From Takakia lepidozioides (taxonomy: Eukaryota > Plantae > Bryophyta), in assembly GCA_030704615.1 (NCBI GenBank), contig CM060732.1, positions 28,334,001-28,398,000 of the forward strand: a stretch of DNA of 64,000 nt, given 5' to 3'. The notes under the pieces are model-generated. The model did no database searches. It saw only the letters and a program-made list of their open reading frames with translations, and had not been told where the DNA came from. Positions 9,319 to 20,644 of this stretch are shown here, piece after piece (the first letter of the stretch is position 1; every line of letters begins with the position of its first letter). The translations under genes and the position numbers were made by a program.

Positions 9319-11759
9319 TATCTGGAGCAGTAGTGTGGTCCTGAAAGGTCCTTGGAGCAGTTCTCACAGCCATTTCAATCTATGTTTTATTCTTTCTGTT
9401 CTACTTGCATCTTACTCACTGAGCGCTTTTGTGGGTTGGGATTTATCTCCTTTTTTCAGGTACACGAAATATGTGCTTATGGAAGTAAATCACCTGAGCG
9501 GAATTCCCGACTATCTTGACATGTGGTCGGACCCTGCAAACGATCCAACCATGTATACTTGCAGGGATATTGAAGGACTGGAGTCCTTCTCACTTCAGAG
9601 ACTGTGGGTGGTACCTTGACTGCCCACCTGAGCACACAGACATTTCAAGAACAGCATATGAAATACTTGAACAATAACGCTGAGATGCTGGCGCCTTTGA
9701 CTGACGAAGAGTATCAACGAAACATAGCAACATTGGCTGCCAAGGAGCCTGATGCTCAGGGAACGCCGCAGAAGGGAAAGAAGGCGGGCCGCAAACCAAA
9801 AGACAAGGCTGTTGATGTCATAGCCATCTCACCAGCAAAGCCAAAGGACAAAGACAAGTCCAAAGAGAAGGAAAAGGACAAGGGGAAGGAGAATGAAAAG
9901 GAGATGGAGAGTGGGCAGGACTTTACTGCTGGAAGATATACCCGCACTCTTCAGTGCGTGTTCGATGCCAAGCCACACCCTTCCCGTTCTGATTCAGCAG
10001 GAGAGATGAAAATTGTTAATGAGGGTTGGCTTTCGATGATGCAGAGTCGAAAGAGAGGATACACTGGGGTGCGATCCCCTACCTGGGACAATATAATCTC
10101 ATTCCTCAATCTGGTGAGAATTCCAGTTTCTTTCCTTTTTCTCTGAAAGTTTCGTTGGCAGTATTCAGTCTCGTTCTTTGAAAACAATCTTGCCATCGTT
10201 CTTATAAAAAACATGTCTGTTGCAGGTGAGCACAGGTCCCACCTTCGTGTGCGGTGTGCAGAAAACTTATGCGGCCGACATTGTCATTCTCGACATCCCG
10301 GATGGCCAGGCTGTGCCAGAAGTTCTTCCAAAGGGCAAGACGCCAGGCTGGAACAAATTTGAGGACAACTACTGGAGTTGGGTGTTTGGGTTCTGTAACA
10401 ATTTCCTCTCTGATGCAGGGACACTTCTGCTTTTTCAGTCATGTGACAATGATAGTCGTCGGGCATTGGCATCATACCTCAAGTCTTCAGGGTTTGAAGT
10501 TTTGCGCACATGGAATTGTGTGAACAGCCTATACCTTGTGAAAGGGGGTTTCCCTAGTCAGCTGGTATGTTGTCTCCCTTCTGCTTGTGCTTTGATCATG
10601 AGTTTCAATTTTCTCTGCAGCTCCACTCTAGTAGAATGTTTTATGATCGACACCGATCATCACCGATTCATGATTTTTTGGTGTCAAGCATGCAAGGCAG
10701 GCGGAAGAAGCCTTTTTGGCATGGAGGGTGATTCTGACCTCTACAACACCGTGCTCCTCCCCCTTTTGTCTGGCTCCACTTCAGGCACACAGACTGATCG
10801 GATTCAAATTCGAAATGATGACGATCCCGAAGATAAGCAGGTCGACAACGACTTTTCATGTGAGTAAGTGCTAAACCCTCTTTGGGAGTCATACTCAATT
10901 TCTCGATAACATCAAAGTTACAGTACTAACTTTTTCAGGCTGTCTTTCAGGAAAGGCAGCGGTGGATCTTCAGGAGATACAGTCATTTCTGGCGAGTCTG
11001 TTTTCGACAGCCCCCTTTCCAATTTTCTGCTTCCTGTTTATGCCGAAGCAATGGCACTTCACGCGGCCGAGTCCCTATCCCCTGACTTTTTAGTGGCCAG
11101 CCGTAGGTGTATCCAACGTGGATCCGGTGTTCTAAAATACTTAGACTTAGATGCAGAGGAGAGGGGATACATTGTACTGACTCTGAGTCAGACTGAACTG
11201 TATTCTTTTAATATTCATTTTCATATTATCTGGAAAACGTTGAATCCCTTTCCTCCACCGTAGTTGTTCCTTTAGAACAAATAATAATCACAGAATCAAC
11301 TTTCGTTTAAATTGCTATATGTATGAATCCATCTCACAAACCTCCCTGACTCTTCTCATATCCATTGTGCATTATCTACACTGTATTCATGCGTGCTCCA
11401 TTCATGAAAGCTTCCTTTGTACAACATCCATTGTACATTCATCCTCTGTACTCTTTAATCCACCCCACAAAACCTTCCACACTCATTTCATATACGTTGT
11501 GCATTCGTCAAAAGATTTGGTCATGCATCTTCTTGTCATGAATTTTTGTCATTGCTCAATATCCATTATACATTCATCCATTTTACTCTTATCCATCCGT
11601 CATTCATCCATCTACATACATTTTTCACACTCATCCATCTGTTTATCATCCAACTGTACATTCATCCATCCTTTATTCAATGCCTTTTATTATGTCGTCC
11701 AGCTTGTTTCCGCGGTAAAGGGTGCCAATCCGCGGGAATACACTCCACTTCTTTCTGGG

Positions 11760-11893
11760 CGCGTGGTGACGCGGCCTTCACGTGTGATGACGTGGACTGA
11801 GCCCCGTGACGTGGCATTTGCGCAAGGTGACGTGGCGTGAGCGCAGTTGCGCTCACGCGCTCACGTGACCAGGCTCACGCCGAGGCATCCCTG
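11760..11893. repeat. Right TIR and subterminal repeats of the inner element
   Basis: GACGTGGC/GCGTGAGC/GCTCACGC repeats ending ...GAGGCATCCCTG directly before the TSD. Confidence 0.85.
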
Positions 11894-13818
11894 TGACAAT
11901 TGCAGTGTGTGACATGCAATCAGAGGACACCGAATCACAGCAGCTCATGTGGGAAGCTCTGATTCGCGTTATGGCCTCCAATGGTCTGCCATCTCCAAAA
12001 TTTGCTGGATTCATGGCCGACAGTGCTCAAGCGAACTTCAATGCCGTTCGCATTGTGTTCGGGACAGGAGATCCTAAAGCGCCAATGCCTGGAAGAGAAC
12101 GTACGTGTTTTTTCCATTGGACACAGTCCCTGGACAAACACACAAAGGCAGACATCAAACCGGACATGCAGAGTATACATCGTCAATTATGCAAATAGTA
12201 CAAAGATGCCAAAACTATGGGGGAAGCGAATACATTGTTTCAGACAATTCGTGCCTGGTGGTATTTATCCGGAGCGGCATCGGAAGACAACATGAGGGCA
12301 CTGGAAGATTGGTTCGCATTTTGGCACTTCCATTACCGTCAGTGGGGAGCGGCCATGACAACGGTAAATGCTTTACATTCTTCTTCCTTTCGGTGCTTCC
12401 AAGTTGTCTTTCATACTCCCAATCCTCACTTCTGCAATGTGTTTTTGCACCTTGCAGCATATGTCCATTGAGGAGATGGCGGACATGCCTTCTTGTAATC
12501 TAGCGGAGATAGTGCACAATGCCTGGTTGCAACAGTCCGGAAAAATGGGACGAGATTTGTATGCAGCCACGACCGATGACCTGACCCGTGCTTTCCAGCA
12601 ACAAACTAGATACAAGTCATTCTTCAGGGGTGGCGTTTGTGGCAAAGGCCCTGATAGGAACGAGTTGATGTTACGGGCGGCAAGAAGATCGGGGGATCCC
12701 AGCAAAATAGCAAGGGCAGTGAGCATATGTGCGGATGGCACCCCTCTCGTGTTTAGAGTTCCCCATCTGGAAGGCGAAGAGAGATTCGGGTCTTGCAAGC
12801 GAAAATTGGACATCCCCCCCCGGATCGGATGCAGATTCCCATAGGGCAGACATGGTCAACTTCTCCATGCCACGTGTTCCCTTGAATCAGAGATGGGATT
12901 GCGGAACATCCACAGGGGAGGGCCATTCAGCCCTAGGCCATACCCTAGCATCTAGCACTCTTACTGCAATGGTTGAAGAACAGAACATGGTGCCGGATGT
13001 GATGGAGTCTATGTGCTTGGACAAGGTTTGGCATATACAGAACGCACAAGTGCTGGATCTCGTGTGAAATGCGCGGCGATCAAGGCCACCAATCATGAAA
13101 AGTGCACGTCTTTAATATCCAGAGGCAAAGAACGCATTCTAGCTCTTACATTCACTGGTTTGTTTCTCCCTTACGGACAAGGAGAGGCAAAGAACCACAA
13201 GTTCTGGTTCTGCGCTGACGATTACGGGAGATGTATGTGCGGGACAGTGCGGCCCTCGGTGGTGATGAAGCCTCCTCCACCAAGCGTGTGGCCTGTGAAG
13301 ATAGGCACAGGTCTCACTCATCAAGAGATCGCAATGCTGAAGGAGGCAGGTTTCTCCCTCGCTAGACATTCCATTACACGTGGAGGTGCTTCAAGTTCAA
13401 TCACTTCACGGATACCTTCTCCTGACGCTCACTTGTGGCCAACCAGACGGAATGGGAAGCTGGTTCGACGATTCCCTCCAACTGCAGAACACTTCGGCAA
13501 GGTCGAGTCCGCGAGAATGCTTCACGCTCGTGTTGCAGGTACAATGGAAGTGCCTGATCCGGGGTATGGTCGGGTCTACACCATAATCACATCCGTATCT
13601 GCCCTGCAGCACAGGATGTACGACATCACTGTCTTGATTTTGTTGGTATGCTTTCAAGTAGTTTGGGAAAGAGAAGTAAATTCATACCGTGCAAACATCT
13701 TTATTTCGTCTTCTTGAGAAGGATGGTTTGTGATCCGAAGCGCGACTTCTGCATTCACCAAGCCACTATGAGTTTCAACGAAGTTAACACACTTCTACAG
13801 CGGGATACAAGCACATAG
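11894..13818 (+). pseudogene. Outer MULE transposase, 3' part (starts with the right TSD, 11894-11902)
   Basis: FMADSAQANFNA, CFFHW, CNLAEIVHN and PCKH motifs; intron 12364-12457; stop at 12196-12198; several frameshifts; SWIM CxC region partly deleted. Confidence 0.88.
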
Positions 13819-14010
13819 ACAACATGCACTTGCCATGAAGAAATCTGAATTTTCCTTTACTACTACTTGTAATGGAATGAGTGTTGAAGTCCAGTGTCTC
13901 TCAGTGTATGTCCTCCAATGCGTGGGTCTACAAATTTGTCGCATTCGTTCGTCCTCCTCTGCTCATTTGCGAACACAACAAGCTTCCTTCAAATGGACAT
14001 TCTCGGAAGT

Positions 14011-14118
14011 CAACCTCATGTTAACACGAGGTTGATTTGAAGTTCTAGGAAAACAACCTCATGTTAACAAAGGTTGGTTTGAGTTCTAGGAAATCAACCT
14101 CGTGTTAACACAAGGTTG
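14011..14118. repeat. Three tandem units of about 42 bp, each containing the palindrome CAACCTCGTGTTAACACGAGGTTG (consensus)
   Basis: Copies at 14011-14034, 14054-14076 and 14095-14118, separated by TTTGA(A)GTTCTAGGAAA. Confidence 0.88.
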
Positions 14119-14789
14119 CAACCCTTAACAAATCTCACCTTCATGTGGTAAAATCTCCAATTGTAGGCTCCACGGTTATAGGCCCACCTTTTTGTGGTGA
14201 CGTGGCACGACCTGGGCCAGGCTCACGCCACATCAGTATCAGCGCCATGTCAGCGATGTGAGCGTAAGCTCATGCCACGTCACCGTTGTGTGAGCGTACG
14301 CGCGCCAGGCTCACGCGCTAGCGTCGTTGTAGGGAGGCTGCAGCATAGACCATTACAAACATAGTTTTCATTGTCTTGTTGTAACATGATCCCCACACTC
14401 TAATTATCTATATTAAATTGTTGTTGCACCCCATATGCACCTAAACCACAGGCTACAACAGAAGCTGATTATAACAAAAACGATGTCATGCTGCTGTTGC
14501 AGTTGCAACAAAAGCAACATACATACAAAATTGTACATTTCTTGCGACGTTTGACCGAAATGGGCTGAGGTAGAACCTGTCCTCTTACCATAATTCAATG
14601 TCAATTACAAAATGACAGAAACCTGAATCAACTAGTGGAATAGGTACTAAAACAAGTTGCCTTACACTTCCCCACAAAAAGCTTTGCACCATCCCCAATT
14701 TGCATATAACAAACATTAGGTGAAATAGAAAGGTTAGACCTAAACACAAGCTTACCAATATTTGACTCTCTATCCAAGTGACTCGCTAA

Positions 14790-15180
14790 CAAACTCTAAT
14801 ACCAAGACCTCCCCTCCCAACGTCTTACCCTGTTATTCAAACATTGAGCATACATGTTTGTCATCATGCAAAATTTTGCGCAAGATAGATGAGCATGGGC
14901 CACAAGTACAAATTGAAGAAATCAATTGGTTTGGCATTTTCACCTAAAGGAAGTCTGCCCCCAACCTCAACCCCTCCAGTCCCTATTACCTTAGGAATTT
15001 GCTCACAATTGGAATTCCACATGTTGCGTTGAGCATATCTACTGCTGGTCAAGTTTGCCAATCATGATGAAAGTTTTCCAAATCATGTTCATCTGCTGTT
15101 GTAGGATTGGTTCTCATCTCTTTAGCAGAATTGAAATCACTGTCATTGTCATCACTTTCGGGTGTTTGTGGGAGTGTATT
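14790..15180 (-). pseudogene. Decayed piggyBac-like transposase N-terminal fragment
   Basis: Acidic stretch (PESDDNDSDF), then PIDFFNLYL and, after a frameshift, MTNMYAQ...W. This resembles the piggyBac PLDFFxLF...ETNxYA...W pattern. Confidence 0.45.
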
Positions 15181-15445
15181 ATCACGTGAGCAAAGCTTTA
15201 AATATGTTTTAAATGATATTTAAACAATTCCGTAAGTTTCACTCACTAAAAAAATATTACAAGAATCTTTGAGAAATATTTGGAATATACTATGGGGCTC
15301 GTGTGAGCAATGCGCTCCCCAACCTCGTATTTTCCAAATTTCATAAATTCGGATCTGCGCTTCGTTAAAAAATAACTCGATCCACACTTGGCAGGTTCCT
15401 TAAAAAGGCACTACCTATACAAAACTGGCTCAAACCTGGACTTAA

Positions 15446-16082
15446 CCCTTAAACGCCCATTCGGCCCGTTTTGGGCATCTCTTTATAGTTTTTCACCTCT
15501 GTTTTTCTTAGATTTTAATCAATGGACCTGAAAATTGGACCGTGGGATGTCAGGCACATGGCATGCAGGAATTCATTGCATGATGAATCAAGTCTTTTTT
15601 ATTAGGGTTTGGATTTTAGGCACCGTTTGCAAGGGGGTGCAGCTTCTACAGTGGAAGTGCAGATCTCCTGCATGTTTTGCCTTCTCTCTTGTGCTGTCTA
15701 TGCAATTTTGACCCCCTTAATTTGACCAGCTGCAAATCAGAAAATATAAATCCAATTTGTGCATTCTATGGCTCATGAGAATGCCAATGTGCTGGACAAC
15801 ACCTGTGAGCATGCTGAGGGCTTGCACCATCATTGAAATTTGCAAATTCCTCCAATTTCCCTTTTTTTCTTGGGAGGGGGCCCAAAAAATGGGCCCCACA
15901 CTCAGCGGTGGCGTTCCTCTGATTTTTGCCTAATTAGCCTCAAAATTTCCAGGTGTCTGCAAGGGGTAGATACGAGCATAATGTCCGGTCAATTTTCCCA
16001 AAAACTGGTTTTTCGCCAAGATATGCTCTTTTTTAGTAGCTAGGGTCCAAAAAGTCAACATTGGGCACTGGGCGCTTAAGGG
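15446..16082. mobile_element. Non-autonomous piggyBac-like element (MITE), 637 bp
   Basis: TTAA on both sides (15442-15445, 16083-16086). TIRs CCCTTAAACGCCCA / TGGGCGCTTAAGGG match at 13 of 14 positions; CCC...GGG termini. Confidence 0.78.
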
Positions 16083-16691
16083 TTAATAATGTGGGTGACT
16101 TAACAATGTGAAGTGGTTCATAGTTCTTTTTATCTAAATTTCTAAAGTCCTAGAAATGGATGCAATCCCCTCCCTTGTTCCCATTCTGATCCCCCCTCCC
16201 CTCTTCCAGCATGTATAACTTGGCCGGCTGAACTTGGAGAGGTTGGGTAGCGCACGCGTGCCCAAGTGCATATTCCAAATATTCCTAAGATGCCTTCAGA
16301 ATATTTGACAGCGAAACGGAAATTGAGAAACTAAAACATTTGCGAAACTATTTTCAACTGCTCACACAGGCCCTCACAACAACACAAGAAACAAGTAACC
16401 CTTATACATGATGAACATGTTACCCTATAAGTGTGGGATTCCCTCACGCTATGCTCACCCCATACTAGGCCCTTTCCATGATAGACTTGAGAAAAGGGGG
16501 GACAGGGGAGCGGACCCGCATACCCCCGGAGTGGGTGTGGGGATTTGATCCCCGGAGCTCCGGCGACCGTTTCTGCAAGTTTCCACACGTGCCGTAAACT
16601 CCCGCCGAGTTTTGAACTGATGAGGCCCTGAAAGGGAGGTGGAGCGAACAAGAGAGAGGGAGGTGAAGGAGACGTGACTGAGGGTCCTGCG

Positions 16692-17212
16692 ATGGCCATG
16701 GAGCTGCTGTCCGCCATGCCACCCACTTACCCTGTGCATTGGCTCACCTTCGACAGTCAAGAATTCATAGATGATGTTGTCAATGCTGTAAGTTTGTTTT
16801 CTTCCTCCTTGGTTCATATGTTTCTAGCATTCTGGGCCATGGAATCGATTGAGTCTGCCGCTGAGCTGAGTGCAAATGTGGGCTTGGTTGCACCTTCTAC
16901 CCACCCTGCTCTTGTCCTCCGATGTGTATTTTCCAGCCATGTCTTCCTTACAAATGTATTCTTGCATTTTTTTCTGTGTTTGCAGGTAATTCAAATCTCA
17001 AGGCAACATTTTGATGAAATGGAACTGTATGTTTAGCACCCTACATCACCTCAATTAGCTCGATTTGTCTCTGTTACTGACCCTCTTCAAGGAATGTATG
17101 GGTGGGATACTTATCTTTGCTAACAACGGGTTACTCCATGACAACCGTGCAAAATCTCTCATATGAAGCTCGTCTCTCTCCCTTGGACCTTTGGGCCTCC
17201 CAGAGATAACTA

Positions 17213-17246
<34 letters not shown>

Positions 17247-20087
17247 CACAGACATTCTAAAGTACCATTTCATTTCATTTCATTTCTCTGATTTACCCAC
17301 TCTTGGCACTAGACTGAAATTTAAACTGAGGGCGGGAAGCCTAATTTGAACAGCAAACAGATCCAGAGAGGAAAGGGGGATTGCATTTGCCCGTTGTGTG
17401 AGGAACCTTAAGACAATTCCTGATTCCTTGTCCTGGGTATTCTCACCAGAGAGATGCTCTCTTCAAATCCATCAAGGGATTTGTTCCTGTGCCTCTGTTT
17501 ATCAACTTTGAAAATCTCAAGGCTGAGCCAAAAGCCCAGGCATAGTTATTGGGCAAATCACGCACGGCAGATAGATGCTTGTGTAAAGGGATTTCTAGAG
17601 GATATCTGGGAAACTCGGATCAATTGTCTATTCCAAGGTAAGTCATACTACCGGTGTCAGCCCCTGACAAAGGTAGTTTGTGTCCCTTTGTGTTCCGCTC
17701 AGGCGCGGGGTCAATGGCCATAAGGCTACGGCAAACAACGTCTTATCAGTACATTCTCTCTCACTCTCTCATATTATGGAATTGCCTATTTGTTGGCCAC
17801 TCGCCCTTTAGCTCTCCAATGGTTCCAAATATTTAAGTGTGGTAGCTTGTGTGAGTTAGATCAGTAAGCGGGATGGGTACCATTGTTCCTATCATAGCAA
17901 TCTCGTTGGATCCAAATGGTCTCAGCTTCATGTTGCAGGTGCGCAACTCAAGTTATAGGTGTGTCTGGTGAGGAGTCTCAGGCAGCTTTAGCCCAGGTGA
18001 AATGAAATCTTCTCCATGATAGTTGTATATGATGTTGAGGTGAAGTGTCACCTGGAAGTCTGTTCAAGAACTGGAAGTCTGTGTCAACTTCTCACCAGTA
18101 CAGCCTGTGAACTCTGCTCTGTGCTAGTTCCTTCACATAGATGCCATGTAGAGGCCACTGAAATGTACTCTGGAAACATACCTGCTGTTCCCTATTTTCA
18201 TTGCCAGCTTGCAGCAGTAGAATTACTGCAGGCCAGTCATTTGTTGGCCTGTCAATGAGTACTTTTGCTGAAACCATGAGGAGCACACAATTTGCAAACC
18301 TGGATGTGCACATGCTGCAAACTGTTACCACCCTCTTTCACTTTGCCGGTCAATGCTAAGTAGTTGTTACTTTAACTATTGGTACCAAGTACCATGTCAA
18401 CAATTTTATATACAGAGTCTGTGGAGGCGAAATTATTTGTGAACATATTAATGTCTATTAAAGAAGTGTGCCCTATGAATGACCTCTCTCTCGTCTTCTT
18501 GCTGAGCTTGCTAAGCTTTCATGCAGGGCATGGGTGCTGTGTTTCAAAGGTTTCTAACCCAGGTCATAGGGAATGACCTGAGCCGATGGGAGGAGTACTG
18601 CCAGGCAGTCTGCTTCAACATTCCTGATGGCCTTGTGCTGCCAAAAATGGTGGATTTCTAATTACACACCGAGATGTATTTAGAAATCACTTCGCTGCAC
18701 TAACATGGATTCAATTCACAATCACGATTGTTTTACTCTTATCCAGTTCAAAGTTTAGAGCATAGTTCTATGAAGTACTTGCCTACTTGGCATAGCTATG
18801 ATGCACCCATTGTATCTTAAAGAAGGGAAAGGTGAAACTCTGACAGGAAAATGCTGGTGTATGCTATTGTAGTGAGACTTGCAAAGGTTATGCCTCTTTA
18901 CTGATATTTCATGTGTGTAGCATGAAGCAAGCCGGACAGTGTGCAGAGTTGAGGAGGAGAAGCTGGATGCCAAGTTGGCTGCTCTTCGTACACGGAAGGC
19001 TGATGTGAGTCTGCAGCCGTTTTGCAAGAAAGTCTAGGCCATATAACATTAACAACCTTTTGCATGAAAATCTATAGGTGTTTGGATCGATGATGCTGCC
19101 TGATAGGATTGGAGGACTTGATTCATGTGTATTATCAAGAAACAAATCGCATCATTATGAGAGTGACAGGGATAGGAGGTTGATCCTTTGCACCTTTGTT
19201 GAGATCAGCTGGATTAAGGGATTCCTGTGTGTGAGGGTTTGGCTTGGAAAAAAAGTAGGTCAGAGTTCCAAAGTGTTTCTGGAAAGGTAAGAAGCTTGGC
19301 TTGCTGGCCCCGCTGTGGTAACAAGGTTTGCAAAAACATCATTCAGCACATCCATCACTAAGTTCTATGTTTCCATCTCATGCCTGGCTACACAATAACA
19401 TCTGGGTCTCTACTACTTTTTAGGCTAAAAGGGAAGCAGCCAAGCTGCAGAGAGAGTTGAGGTCCTTGGAGACATTCTTGACCTTCAGGAGCACCTTTGA
19501 CGATGTCTGTCAGAAGCTACAACTGAAGGGTGTCAGCAACGGTATGCCTGCTTCCCATGTTTGTCTCTATTTTGGGTGGCTATGGAAGTTCAACATTGCA
19601 GCTTCTCTTTTGGTATCCTCCGCACACATCACTCCCCTAGCACCACGGTTAAAATACCTGTCGGTCTCCCCCTCCGATCACGTGGTGCTACTTTCAAGCA
19701 TGATCTAATGAGTTCATGGTTTCTAATCTACACATTATCTGCAGGTCCAGCCTGCGTGCTCTTTCATGCCCCCATATGGTTTCTTTTAAAGACAGTGCAT
19801 AGCCATTTTTAGGCAGGACTGGTTTAGTACATCAGTGTTGCACCTTACTAGTTGACGCTGCATCTTTCATAGGGACATTAACTTCCATGGCTGATGCTGT
19901 TGTTCTTTGGGAGGTGATAAAGCTAATATCAGTGGCATGTCTTGTGATGTCTGGATGTCTGGCAGACCTGTTCGATGCTGCTCCTAGTTTGTGTGAGAAA
20001 ATTAGGGAAGCCAATGTTCTGAGAGCAGAGGCATTTAAGAGGAGGTGCACCAGTGCACATGCATTCAACCTCAATCAGGGTTTATGA
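16692..20087 (+). CDS. MIS12: Kinetochore protein MIS12 homolog (multi-exon; 3' exons approximate)
   Basis: Exons read FDSQEFIDDVVNA | VIQISRQHFDEMEL | CATQVIG..ALAQ | GMGAVFQRFL..DLSRWEEYCQAVCFNIPDGLVLPKM | coiled-coil exons. The FIDDVxN and WEEYC..CFxIPxGxxLP motifs are typical of Mis12. Confidence 0.8.
17214..17242. repeat. (CT)n microsatellite
   Basis: Direct reading of the sequence. Confidence 0.9.
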
Positions 20088-20644
20088 GGACTTCTTCAGA
20101 GATACTAATAACACAACATGGGGAACTTATACCAATCTCGTAACTCTATTGAATTTCCATTCACTTTGAAGTCTATGAAATTGACCTGATTCAACTGCCA
20201 GCTATCAATGAGAAAGCCATTGAATCTTGAAAAGCATGAAATCAAAGTAGTCCATGTCTCACCCCATTCCTCCTATCCAAATCACATGGAAGTAGTTCAC
20301 ATCAAAGGCCAGCAAGGTTCTGCACACCCTGTCTGATCATAGCATCGGGTGGATGGTTGTAGGTAGAGTACAGAAGAGAAGAAAATAGTAGAAAGGATTA
20401 AAAGTAAGCTTTATCTGTAATCATGTGATGTTCATAAGGCATTGTACCTGTACTGCACAATGGAAGAGCTGTGACAGTCTGACTTTGCAGTTTACACACA
20501 GCCTCTGATGAGAGAAAGGCCAAAAGCGTGCCAAAGTACACCAAGCAGTGCAGGTGCAAGTTGGCAACTTTGAATTAATAACAATCCCAAACCATGCATC
20601 ACTGATGAAGAGTTGCATGTTGAATGCATTGTGGGGGTACAAAT

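Larger units (their letters stand above)
6391..11170 (+). pseudogene. Spliced transposon accessory gene: low-complexity N-terminus, ParB/Srx-like domain, Lys/Glu-rich linker, beta-class amino-DNA-methyltransferase-like domain; frameshifted, 3' end approximate
   Basis: Approximate exons 6391-6687, 7054-7707, 7801-7993, 8042-8205, 8290-8516, 9460-10113, 10226-10564, and after 10620. ParB signature VRP..L..DF..GY....FYV...VWDGNHRL (DGNHR at 7558-7572). MTase-like ADIVILDIPDG..WN...YWSWVF...FLSDAGTLLLF...GF..LRTW and AC...GRSLFGMEGD..LY. Confidence 0.72.
1370..11893 (-). mobile_element. Complete 10.5-kb Mutator-like DNA transposon with transposase (-) and a divergent ParB/methyltransferase-like accessory gene (+)
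   Basis: 9-bp TSD; imperfect TIRs of about 55 bp (CAACGACGCAATGGCGTGAGC... vs reverse-complemented right end CAGGGATGCCTCGGCGTGAGC...); MULE-type DDE transposase with CxxH and SWIM motifs. Confidence 0.9.
1..14329 (+). mobile_element. Outer Mutator-like (MULE) DNA transposon, decayed and rearranged; left end outside window; interrupted by a nested related element
   Basis: Transposase-homologous sequence at about 595-1369 resumes at 11894-13818 (QRVMTIA|VCDMQSED). The right terminus ...GCGTCGTTG (14321-14329) is the reverse complement of the inner element's left end CAACGACGC, with shared GCGTGAGC/GACGTGGC subterminal repeats. Confidence 0.85.

Noticed and set aside
17454-17723. Possible MIS12 exon
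   Set aside because: MIS12 splices in phase around it; it looks like intronic retroelement debris.
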